Position numbers and translations under genes: made by a program. The notes under the pieces are model-generated. The model was not told the DNA's origin. It made no database searches and saw only the letters and a list, made by a program, of their open reading frames with translations. From Dendrobates tinctorius (lineage: Eukaryota), in NCBI RefSeq assembly GCF_039654945.1, contig NW_027361784.1:44516001-44580000 (forward strand): 64,000 bases of DNA. Direction: 5' to 3'. Positions 29,160 through 41,502 of this stretch are shown here, piece after piece (positions within the stretch are counted from its first letter, which is position 1; every line of letters starts with the position of its first letter).

Positions 29160-30155
29160 GATCACTGTCAATAGCAATCATGACATCTAAGTCGGGGGAA
29201 TTAGGGGGTTCCCTGTATCAGCCTCACCTCACAAGTAATGTCTTAGATACTGTGGTCAATAGCGATCATGGCAACTAAGTGGTTGAGAGATGGAGAGATT
29301 TCCATCTTTTATTCCAGCAGCTTTAAAAGTAATCTCTTAGATTCTGTAGGTACTAGCAATTGCAGCATCTAAGGGGTTGACAGAGTGAAGAGGTCTCCAT
29401 ATTTTATTCCAACAACCTCAAAAGTAATCCCTAAAATGCTATAGTCAATAGCGATTGCAGCATCTAAATGGTTAAAAGATGAAAGAAGCTTCTTCTTTGA
29501 CCTCACCATCAGCCTCAGTAGTTATCCCTTAGATTCTATAGTTAATAGCAATTGCAGCATCTAAGTGGTTGAGGGAGGGAAGGGGGTCGCCTTCTTTTAT
29601 TCCAACAGCCTCAAAAGTAATCACATAGATGCTGTAGTTAATAGCAATTGCAGCAGCTAAATGGTTGAGAGAGAAGGAGCTTCTTCTTTGACCTCATCAT
29701 CAGCCACAGTAGTAATTCCTTAGATGCAATAGTCAATAGCGATTGCAGCATCTAAATGGTTGAGAGAAGGAAAGGGCTTCGTCTTTCACCTCATCAGTCT
29801 CAGAAGTAATCCCTTATATGCAATAGTTAATAGCAACTGCAGCATCTAAGTGGTTGAGAGAGGGAAGGGGCCTCCTTCTTTTATTTTAACAGCCTCAAAA
29901 GTAATGCCATAGATGCTACAGTCAACAGCGATTGCAGCATCTAAGTGGTTGAGAGAAGGAAGACGCTTCTTCTTTCACCTCATCAGCCTCAGAAGTAATC
30001 CCTTAGATGTCTCATTCAAAAGCATATAAGGGATTGAGAAAAGCAGGAAGCTCTTTTTCACCCAATCAGTCTCAAAAGTAATCCCTTAAATGCTACAGTT
30101 AATAGTGATTGCAGCATCTAAGTTGTTTGGAGTGGGAAGGGGTTTCTTCTTTCAC
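29160..30155. repeat. ~95-bp tandem repeat, ~10 diverged units, each with hairpin TTAGATGC...GTCAATAGCGA...GCATCTAA
   Basis: Recurrent palindromic core at ~29243, 29337, 29431, 29529, 29626, 29719, 29814, 29909. Confidence 0.8.
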
Positions 30156-31312
30156 CTTGCAATGTTGTTGCAGCCAAAGAAATGTAATTCCGACTTTTCG
30201 ATATTTTTTCTCGTTACGCCGTTATCTCATTGGATTAATTTTGCTCTATATTGTAATAAACTGGACTTTAATGAACGCGGTAATACCAAATATGTGAAAT
30301 TTTTAAATTATTTTATCTTTAATGGGTGAAAAGGGGGTGATTTTAACTTTTGTGTTCTTTTTTCATTTTATTAATATTTTTAAAGACTTTTTTTCACTTT
30401 TCACTATATTTAATAGTCCCCTTAGGGGACTTGAAGCTGCAATTGTCTTGGCACTTGTACTATACATGGCAGTGCATCAGCACGGTGATGTATAGTGGAA
30501 ATCCCAATCTCCTATGACTGCCGACCACATGCTGGCTTTCACAGGAGGACCATAATGACAGGCGCGAGGGTCATCAAGGAACCCCCGACTGTCATGACAA
30601 CCTGGCAGCACCCTGCGATCACGTGGGGAGTGAGGAAAGAAGCGCTCCCCCGCCACAGAATATGAAATGCCGCTGTCAGAGGTTGAAGGGGATAAAAAAA
30701 GTGGATTTTTGAAAATTTCTTGAAACCTTTTAAAAAATTATTTTAAATGTATAAATTTTTGTAACTTTTAAAAGATCAAAGAAAAAGAATTAAAAAAATA
30801 TGCCAACTGAGAGTAAACCTGTTAATTCTTACATAGGACCTTCAGCAGATAAAAAAAATGACCACATTTTGCTTTTATTTATTTTATTTCCACTGCAGAA
30901 CTTTTTTTTTTATTTGCCATACAGTTTCAGAGATATGTTGACTTTTATTTAGTGCTGAATCTTTCTTGGGGCGTTGCTCTCTTGGTAATACTGCAGAACA
31001 GCCTAAAGACATGCCCCCGAGGATCCCGTAAACCATGTCCCCTTATAAAGACCACAAAAATGAGCATTAAACAAAAGGCTTCTATCACTGTATTGAAAAA
31101 AAGTCATAAAAAACATGCTGGAATTGAGAAATAGCTGGAATAAAATAAAATAAAAAAACTGGGCACTTTTAACTTGTTGACAAGTCCGCTTTCTTATTTT
31201 CCAATTTTTTTTTTTAAATTTCTTCTTTTTTTTATATAAATGAAATTAAAACATTTCAAAATTTAACATAAAGTACAATATGTCACAAAAAAAACAATGT
31301 CAGAATCCCTTA

Positions 31313-31508
31313 GGCCGGGGTCAGACTTGCGAGAAATTGGGAAGAGTCTCGCACCTCAATACCCGGCACTGCCGCCGGCACTCGGGACCGGAGCGTTCTG
31401 CTGCATGTATTTCTACCCAGCTGAGCGCTCCGGTCCCGAGTGCCGGCGGCAGTGCCGGGTATTGAGGTGCGAGACTCGTCACAGTTTCTCGCAAGTCTGA
31501 CCCCGGCC
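31313..31508. mobile_element. Harbinger-type palindromic MITE (196 bp)
   Basis: TIR GGCCGGGGTCAGACTTGCGAGAAA; TTA TSD both sides; almost wholly self-complementary. Confidence 0.92.
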
Positions 31509-31596
31509 TTAGAGAGGTAAAGGTATTTCAACAATTAACAACTAATGTCGTGCGTCCAATTTGAAAGCTGAAAATACTAAAATATTTTTTTTTTAC

Positions 31597-31671
31597 CTGG
31601 AATTTCATCCTTTTCTCCGTTCTTGTGTCGGAAACGATCGCCTTCGACCTTCACATTTGGACAAAGGACGT
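31597..31671 (-). CDS. COL22A1: Collagen XXII alpha-1 exon, 75 bp (vWA-TSPN linker, xVLCPNVKVEGDRFRHKNGEKDEIP)
   Basis: ttttacag acceptor, gtaaaa donor; peptide resembles vertebrate COL22A1 as I recall it (NVLCPSVRVEGDRFKH); phase joins next exon. Confidence 0.93.
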
Positions 31672-31800
31672 CTGTAAAAAAAGAAAAATGAGACAAAATA
31701 AAGATCATTTATACCCAATGATAGATTTTACAGAGCCTAACGTTTGATATGACACGTATCCGGAATTCCTCACTTGTTGGCAGATACTTGAGCCTGATTA

Positions 31801-32401
31801 GGCCTGTTTCACACATCAGTTTTTAAGGTCAGTCGAAATCCGCCAAAATAGCGGAAAACGGATCCGCAGGCGGACTGACAGCAACGGGTGTCACCTGAGT
31901 GGCTGATGGACGGATCCGGGGAAGGATAGAATTTAAAGGAACCCGCTCCCGGTTGCAGAGATGGCAGCGAGAAGATACCGGCGCGATCTCGCGGCATTGC
32001 AGAGATGGCCGTGAGAAGATATCGGCGCGATCTCGCGGCATTGCAGATATCGGCGCGATCTCGCATGGTCTTGCGGCATAGCAGAGATGTCCGCGGAGAG
32101 AGAGAGAGAGATTTTAGCGGCTCCCGGGATGGTAGTCAAGGGTTAAATTGCCTCCCGGAGTGAAAATAGTGGACAGTCACTGCAAAAAAGTTGCAGGGTC
32201 CGTCTCATCCGCCCGGGAGCCGCTAAAATCTTGGCGGATCCGTACAATAACGGGTGTGACGGACGATCGTCAGTCAGGATCCGCCAATAATGTAAGTCTA
32301 TGGGTGTAAAAAACGGATCCGCCCCTTTTTTGGCGGATCCGTTTTTTACACAAATTGCGGGATCTTGACTGATGGGAAAAAACTGATGTGTGAAACAGGC
32401 C
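31801..32401. mobile_element. Harbinger-type MITE
   Basis: TIR GGCCTGTTTCACACATCAGTTTTT; TTA TSD both sides. Confidence 0.92.
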
Positions 32402-34414
32402 TTAGCTCTCACTTACACGATCGCTGGGGCTGAGTGAGCAACATCCTGCTCCAGAGAGCGTGCACCGCACTTCTTCTATTAAGGCTCGTGCCACTTTTGA
32501 CATGCAAGATTGGAATTTCTCACACCCAGGGGTGCATAAAAATATCATAAAAGAGTAAAAACTTATCTAACGTTTGTAGGGGCGTACAGTGCCCCCATCA
32601 TGTTTCCCAATGAATGAATTTTTTTTTTTACTTAAATGCATGTCTTTTTAGCTAAACAATACATTTGCCAATTGGGGTTCAATAAATACGGTGCACAATT
32701 CAGCATTTACAGGTGTTTTTGTTTCCTCTGGTTGCCAAATGAGTTAACTAAGAATCTGTGAGTGAGTGTTTTTTTTTATAGTGTGTATCTTTCATCTACC
32801 TTTTTCTAATAAATGGTAGATTTATGACCACATTAAAGTTCAGCTCAACTTTGATGCGGTCGGTCCTCATAAATCAGAACAGGAAAAATCAGGAAAAGAG
32901 AAATTAAAGAGTTTCCAGCTCTCTCCTATGACAAGCTCACGGACTGATTCTCAATTAAATTATTCAGCAAAAAAAAAGTTGTACAAATTATTTTTAGTTC
33001 AAAATACTAATTAATTGATTTCAGAGCAATGGTTGAATTTTCAGAAACAGATATTTACTTTGTGCGGATGGCCAAAATAAAAAAAAACCCACATTGATCT
33101 GGTCCTACTCACACAGCTGCAGGGTTCAGTACAGTGACTTTCCTCCTTACTGGAGGATTAAAGGGGTTGTCCACTTTTGGGGACAATGTTATTTTTTACT
33201 TAAATGCATGTACTTTGGGCAAAAAAAATATTTTTTGCACGTGTTTACTTTTTACAGCCACTGTGCTTCACTGTCTATTGCTAGCTGCAGAATGAGCAAA
33301 CTGAGAATCAGTCAGTGAGCTCATTCTGAGGGTCCTACTGGAGAGTTTGCACTTTCTTGAAACCAAAGAGTGCAATTTTTTTGTTTTTATAAAACCCAAT
33401 TGCAAAACTATTTTTTAGCTCAGTATACATGCCTGAAAGCCGCAATGTTTCCATTTGCTGAAAGCAAGCAGAAACCTTGAAAAAATAGCAACATATTTTA
33501 CACAGAGAAGTCACGAGGCCGGAGACGGAGAATCCCTTTAATTTTCCGGCTCCTCACCGCGTTAGATATTTCCAGCGAGACGCTCTTCATTATTGGGTAT
33601 TTTTAGAGTTTTCGATTAAACCTCTCTCCGCTCGGGGATTATTCGTACAGTACGACAACCTGACGTACGAAGGAAACTTTCCGCAAAGGCTCAATTAGCG
33701 AGCGCTTCAAATAACCGCCACTTACGCCTGTAATGACTCCCTTCGCTACAACTTGCCAGAGACGGGAGAAAATTACTCTGATTGAAAGTATAACATCAGT
33801 TCAGATAATGAGCCGATGACTTCTGTTCCAGGGACTAAATAGCCGGCTGGCAGCCGAGCCGATATCGTCAGCTGGCACACACCAGAACCAGGAGCTATTT
33901 CCAAGGGTCGCATTAAAGGAGCGGCAGCAGCGCAGCTGTCCCCGTCTGTATGCGGCCCACGACGCGCGTTCTGCCCTCCTCCTATTAACACAAAAATTTC
34001 ACTATCTGTTTATTTCCTTCACTATTTTCTTAATCATTTATCTGTTTATTTTCTTCAATATTTTCTCTCTTATTTTCTTTTGTTATTTACAAACTTTTGA
34101 ACTTTTTTCAAACTTTTCCATTTAGACAATTTTTCCTTTTTGTTCTTTTGTTATTCCGTCCTTCGTTTTTTTTCCCCTCCTGTAGGAGGGTTTTTATTTT
34201 TCTTGCAGGTCGGATTGTAGCTTTTAACTACTAAATTCATTTTCCTGCATCACATACGTGACAAAAATGGTAGGAAATGATAAAAAAAATAATAATAATT
34301 CAATTCTTGTATATTTTTTTTTTTGGAGTTTTAGTCTTATAGCATTCATTATCTGATAAAAATGACCTGGCGACATAATTCTTCATGGCGGTATTAAACT
34401 TGTGCAATTGCTTT

Positions 34415-34417
<3 letters not shown>

Positions 34418-34460
<43 letters not shown>
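34418..34460. repeat. (TA)n microsatellite
   Basis: Direct reading. Confidence 0.95.
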
Positions 34461-34463
<3 letters not shown>

Positions 34464-35541
34464 AGTATTGAAGACGTCACCAATTTTCTAAGAAAATCTA
34501 TTTCTAAAGGTGCTATTGGCATGAAATTCTCACTGGATGTCGGTAACCACCCATCCAATCCACACAGGCAAAGAATTCAAACCATAGATTTTATTTATTC
34601 CGCCTTCAGATACTTATCAATGCAGCATTGTTTTAACTTACCCTGAGGTTCTTTGATCTCAATGGTGAAAAACCGCAATAAAAGCAACCAATATCCAGAA
34701 ACAGCACTACCTTTGCCCAGTGGCCATTTCTGGTATTACATCTCAGCTTTATTCTGCTATACCAGGCACAACCTGTAGGTGGCGCCATCGTGTAACCATA
34801 AATAACGTGTTTTCCAAATTTTTTGCACAAACAAGAATTTTCTGAGAGATACTGATGATGGGAACATTCAAAGTTTTGCTCCTTTTATAATGCACTACTT
34901 CATCTGACCAGCAGGTGTCACTGCAACAATGGCAAAGGATGAGAACTGACTATAAATACATATTACACAGAAGTAGTTTGCACCAATCAGTACAGAAAAG
35001 GGGTAAAACTTAAATATGGCCCTTAATTTACACTAAGTAAGAATTTTGCCATTTCCAACGGCAACACTGCTACAAAACTATAAAGCTGTAGAGCTCATAA
35101 GTCTGTTTCTTTATAAGTCTCTTTTTAACTTATTTCACAGATGGCAAAGAAATATTAAATGGGGGCGCTGTTGCATGTTTGCCTGTGGAGAATATGTCCA
35201 GTGGAAGTGGTGATCAGTGGTACTGCAGGTAACAAAAGTTACAATAATGTTAACAAAGTTTGGAGAAACTTTCCCCCATACGCTTTACATTCCGAACTAG
35301 TTATATTAGTTCATAAATATTATATATATTACTGTATATTATATTGCCATTCTTTGTCTCTGTACCCATAATTCCAGTTTTTGCTGCCACGTTCAGTATT
35401 CGATCAGTATTCTACTTCAGTAGCCAAAATCAGAAGCGGAACAATCAGAGGTAAAGTGAAACATGTCAGCACTTCTGTATTTATCACCCACTCCTGGTTT
35501 TGGCTTACAAATACTGATGTAAAATACTGACCAAATACTGA

Positions 35542-36188
35542 GAAACTGAGAAACTGGGTCTGAGCAGAAAAAGTAAATTAATGTGCATGCAAAATGTAAT
35601 TGCATATGAACACATGACCTTTACACAGAGAAAACCAAAAGCAAAACACAAAACAAATATCCTATTATTACTATTATTACTACCTTCATGCAATTTTTGC
35701 AATATATTTTTTTACTTTTTTATTCCAGGATATTTGTTTTGTGTTTTGCTTTTGGTTTTCTCTGTGTAAAGGTCATGTGTTCATATGCAATTACATTTTG
35801 CATGCACATTAATTTACTTTTTCTGCTCAGACCCAGTTTCTCATTTGTTTCATTGTGCATTCTGTGCATATAAGGGTGTGACCGCCCTGTTTCTGAGTTG
35901 GAAAATCCATCCTGTCTGGCCTATACTATTACTGGTGGTTCAGTCCCTCTGTCCTTGTTCACATTTACGTCACTTGACAAGTGGAAAGGTTTTAAATACA
36001 AGAGTTAGGACTGTCCCACAAGGGTTGCCGTGACGTGGCGGGATGGCTTCTACATTATTTTGATCAAAATTATGTTAACTAAATACCCTTATTATTACTA
36101 TCATTACTACCTTCATGCAATTTTTGCAATATATTTTTTTACTTTTTTATTCCAGGATATTTGTTTTGTGTTTTGCTTTTGGTTTTCT
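35542..36188. mobile_element. Penelope-like non-autonomous insertion (inverted plus direct terminal repeats) inside a Harbinger-type MITE (~35386-36215)
   Basis: ~115-bp perfect inverted arms (35546-35662 / 35727-35843); 35661-35762 repeated directly at 36087-36188; flanked by CCAAATACTGA duplication. Confidence 0.7.
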
Positions 36189-36872
36189 CCAAATACTGAC
36201 TGTGTGAACGTTGCCTTAGAGGAGTCTATCAGTCTATGTACACATCTCACTTGTCTCCTAATCCATCTAATAGATGTATTGTGACCACTAAGCCGAATAA
36301 TCAGGGTCTGACATAATATAATATGTCAGGAAGACATTCAGCAACCGCAATGGAAAGGGAAAATGTAAAAAAAATATTTATTAGTAACTTTTATATATCA
36401 TATATTCAGCACCATGGGTCTGCTCCAGACGTAGTCGGCTCCATCAATTTCAAAATCCTTATTTCAAAGTATGCACTGCTGAATATCCACCACTTTCCCA
36501 TGCTCCTGTATGCCCCATGTGAACAGCATTGTGTTTTATATGGTATGCATAGCTTACCCCTCTTCTTGTATCCATAATTGAACTCCATCTCGTTATCTTT
36601 GCCACACATCTAAGTGGTCTGTATAACCCCTTCCCCCTTTTATGACCTCTGTTTTACTCTGTGCATTTGTTCTGGGTAGTCACACCCCACTTTCACTCAC
36701 ACCTGATTGTGTTTAGCTGCACATATATTCAGCACCATGGGTCTGCTCCAGACGTAGTCGGCTCCATCATTTTCAATATCCTTATTTCAAAGTACATATT
36801 TCTAAGTACTCTGAATTAGACTAGAATTGGACTGGAATTGACTGTAAGGTAACAGCCTATAACACCACAACA

Positions 36873-39800
36873 ATGTTTCGCCTTCTTTTTACTATCACCC
36901 CCATACTACTCTATTTCTCCCTAACTCCTGAAATCCCCCCTCCTAGTAAGGAACTATTCATCTCCCCCTCCATTCTCCCCAGCCACCTAACCTTCTCCTC
37001 ACAACTGTTCCTCCACATACAATCCTTTTTCTCCAGACACACACGGCCACATCATGTCCTATCCTGTTCCCACCTTCTAATGCTCTATCTACTACTCCTT
37101 GTTGCTGGCAACGTATCCCCATATCCTGGCCCTCCTCATCACATCCCTACACTCACTTCTACCACCCTGCCACAATCCTGTACACGTCCTCACAACCATG
37201 ACCTCATACCTATTCATCCAGCCCCCGGTCCCCCTACCTGGAGCCCTATGGAACGCACGCTCTGTCTGCAGCAAGGTATCATTTATCCATGACCTCTTTA
37301 TTACCAACAAACTCTCCTTACTCGCCAGCACTGAAACCTGGCTCACTCCCTCTGACACAGCCTCTCCAGCTGCGCTTTCCTATGGCGGATTCCATCTCTC
37401 TCACACCCCTCGCCCCAGCAACAAACGTGGTGGAGGAGTTGGCTTGCTCCTGTCTGATACCTGCTCCTTTACCCCAATTCCTTTGCCACCCTCCGCTACT
37501 TTTCCCTCGTTCGAGGTGCACTCCGTCTGCATCTATTCCCCCTCCAACCTCCAACTGGCTAGCATCTACCGCCCCCCAGAACTAGCCATCTCCACCTTTC
37601 TCAACCACTTCACCACCTGGCTACTCCATTTCCTTTCTGCTGACATCCCCACCATCATCATGGGCGACTTCAACATCCCCATTGACACTTCCACCCCGGC
37701 TGCCTCTAAACTTCTATCGCTCACGGCTTCCCTCGGCCTCACTCAATGGTCCTCTGTGGCCACTCACAAAGATGATCACACACTGGACCTTATCTTCACT
37801 CATCTCTGTTCCCTCACTAATCTCAATAACTCACCCCTCCCCCTGTCTGACCACAACCTACTGACATTCTCTTCCCTCTACTCTCCTACTGCACAACCCC
37901 CGCTCCATAAACTCACTCACCCTCGCAGGAATCTCAAACACCTCAATTTACAATCACTCTCAGTCCCTTCTCCCTCTTACAGACATAGCTTCCCTTCATG
38001 ACACAGATGCTGCTGCCACTTTTTATAACACCACAATAACAGCAACACTTGATTCGGCTGCCCCCCTCACGCAGAGCAAAACTCGAACAATCAACAGGCA
38101 GCCCTGGCTGACCAGCCTGACCAAAGAACTGAGACAGGTTTCCAGGGCCGCTGAGCGGAGATGGAACAGAACCCATTCTACTGAGCACTTCAACGCATAC
38201 AAGCAGTCCCTTGTCAGCTTTACGTCCACGCTCTCTGCCGCAAAACAAACTTACTTCGCATCTCTCATATCCTCCCTGTCTCACAAACCTAAAAAGCTTT
38301 TCAACACTTTCAATTCTCTACTCCGTCCCACAACACCTCCTCCCCCTCCTCTCATTTCTGCTGAAGACTCCTTCTTTAAGCAGAAGATCGACACGATCAG
38401 ACAATACTTTGGCCCGCAGCCCCCAATGCCCCTCTTAGCCGCTCAGCCTTCTTCTGCAAAAGCCAGCTTCTCCACCATGACAGAAGATTAGCTCTCCACC
38501 CTTCTGTCAAGATCACACCTCACCACTTGTGCCCTTGACCCACTCCCGTCTCACCTCATCCCTAACTTGGCCACAGTCCTCATCCCATCTCTAACACACC
38601 TCTTCAACCTTTCACTTACAAATGGTGTCTTTCCCTCATCCTTCAAACATGCCTCAATCACACCCATCCTCAAAAAGCCCTCCCATGACCAATCCTCTGT
38701 GTCTAACTATCGCCCAATATCTCTTCTCCCTTACGCCTCAAAACTACTGGAACACGTATATCCTGAACTGTCCTCCCACCTCTCCTTCTGTTCCCTCTTT
38801 GACCAGTTACAATCTGGCTTCTGACTGCATCACTCAACTGAAACTGCCCTAACTAAAGTCAGTAACGACTTACTAACCACCAAGAGCAAGCGACACTGCT
38901 CTGTCCTCCTTCTCCTGGACCTGTCCTCTGCCTTCGACACCGTAGACCATTCCCTCCTGCTACAGACTCTCTCATCTCTTGGCATCACAGACCTGGCCCT
39001 ATCCTGGTTCTCATCATACCTAACAGACCAAACATTTAGTGTCTCCCTCTCACACACCACCTCCTCACCTCGCCCCCTGTCTGTCGGAGTTCCCCAAGGC
39101 TCTGTCCTAGGACCCCTACTATTCTCCATCTATACCTTCGGCTTGGGACAGCTCATAGAATCCCACGGTTTGCAGTATCACCTCTATGCTGATGACACGC
39201 AGATCTACCGATCTGGACCCGACCTCGCCTCCTTACTGACTGAAATCCCACAATGTCTGTCTGCTCTCTCAGCCTTCTTCTCTGCTCGCTTTCTCAAACT
39301 GAACATGGACAAAACAGAATTCATCATCTTTCCCCCATCTCACTCTACCCCTCCACCAGACCTATCCATCAATGTCAACGGCTTCTCTCTTTCCCCAGCT
39401 CCACATGCTCGGTGCCTTGGGGTGATTCTCGACTCTGTGCTCTCTTTCAAACCACATTTCCAAGCCCTCGCCTCCTCCTGCTGCCTCAAACTCAAAAATA
39501 TTTCCTGGATCCGCTCATTCCTCAACCACGAAACCACAAAAACACTTGTGCATACTCTTATCATCTCCCGCCTCGACCTCCTACTTTCTGGTCTCCCCTC
39601 TAGCACTCTGGCTCCGCTCCAGTCCATCCTACACTCTGCTGCCCGACTAATCCACCTGTCTCCCCGCTATTCCCCAGCCTCCCCCCTATGCCAGGCCCTT
39701 CACTGGCTTCCTACTGCCCAGAGGCTACAATTCAAAACCCTAACCATGACATACAAAGCCATCCACAACCTGTCTCCTCCATACATCTGTGACATGGTCT

Positions 39801-40200
39801 CTAGGTACCTACCCGCACGCAACCCCTTATCTCTTCTTCCCACAACCGCATACAAGACTTCTCCTGTGCTTCCCCCATACTCTGGAACTCCCTGCCGCAA
39901 CACATCAGACTCTCACCATCAACGGAAACCTTCAAGAAGAACCTGAAGACCCACCTGTTCCGACAAGCCTACAGCCTGCAATGATCCTGGGTCTACTGAA
40001 CCACAGCAAGACCTGCTCTACCCTCTCCTACTGTATCCTCACCCATCCCTGTAGACTATGAGCCCTCTCCTTATGTACTTGTGTGTCCCTTGTCTTACAC
40101 ATGTTTATTATACTTGTCTATATTTCCCCTTTTCACATGTAAAGCGCCATGGAATAAATGGCGCTATATAAATGCATAATAATAATAATAATAATAATAA
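36873..40200 (+). mobile_element. Near full-length L2-clade LINE, ORF2 (2A-like, APE endonuclease, RT) broken by frameshifts and stops
   Basis: WNARS, TETWL, MGDFN, TLDLIF, SDHNL; [36 protein letters not shown]; 3' stem-loop AGCGCCATggaataaATGGCGCT and (AAT)n tail. Confidence 0.95.
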
Positions 40201-41502
40201 CTATTAAAATATCAAAAGGAAAAACAAAAACAATAAAAATAGGAATACGACGTTTGTTTTTAACTTTATTTTTAATAATATTTTATTGTCTTTTCCATTT
40301 CGGTTCCTCGAAGTCTTCCTGCCTTTTACCTGGTTATTTTCACCCAGGAACTGCGCGTTGTCTTGGTCACTTATTAGAATGAACGATCCCTGGGTGGGCT
40401 AATTATATAATGTACAGTACACAGGTAGAATACAGTGAATCTTCTTGAAGGGGTCCTCTAGTTATCATCTACCTGCTGGGACTGCAGGGCAGAACAGGAC
40501 CTTTTTAGAATGGAGCGGCCGAGCGCATGCGCCATTCACTCTCTACGGCAGCACTGAGCGGCGCGCGAACACTCCACAGTTTCCAGCAGCCCCGTAGGGA
40601 ATGAAGTGAGGCGTCAGTCGGGCCGCTGTCTCTTAATAAAATGAGGATGAATCTGCTCTGCATAGAAATACATGAAGCCGCACGCTACGGTCCGAGTGCG
40701 GAGTATTGACATGCGAGACTCGTGCCAGTTTCTCGCACATGTGACCCCCCCAGCCTAACATGCATTTTTTTGGGGGGGTTTAATTTGTATCCATTCTTGA
40801 ACATCAAAAATGTTCAGATTCGCCATAATTCAGAATTTTCAGGAAGCGCAAGAAATGTAATCCACTCATCTCTAAAAGCATCAAATACTCTGAAAGCTAT
40901 TGGAAGAGTGTTATTTTTATATCTCCTCCACTTGATTTCACATTTCAGGCAATCGCTGCTTATCTCCACTAATTAGGTTAATCCTCCGCTCTTATCTTTC
41001 TCTTCAAATATGAATTGGTGTCGTTTCGCTCAATCATTCTTCATCGCTCTTATTTATTATGTGTATATGTTTATTTTCATTTCGATTTTTGCGGTTTGAT
41101 CTAATTATTCCCCATCCCTCATATATTAATGATTTTATTATACTAATCTCCTATATTACTCCCCCTCATATTCTTATTACCCTCATCTAATTTACGGAAT
41201 ATTATTTCTTGTATTCATTTACTCCTCTTTATAGGTTTCATTCCATGTAGGTATAAGCTTCATGGTGTTTGTTTGCGTTTTTTGTCCTCACTCGTAACTG
41301 ACGTCAGTCCTGATTCTACATAATTTGTGCCTTTAAGATTCGCTATAATATGTCTCTTCCATAATGTGGTCCACTCTGGATCTCTGACTACCTAGTTCCT
41401 CTCTGTGATTTTTGGTGCATATCTTTACTACCCTCTCCCTCCATGTTCAGAAGACTAATCTAAAGAATGATGTTCAGATTATTACATTTATGTAATCATC
41501 TC

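Noticed and set aside
29160-30155. CRISPR-like array of palindromic repeats with spacers
   Set aside because: Spacers are homologous to each other, repeats are diverged, context is a vertebrate intron and there are no cas genes
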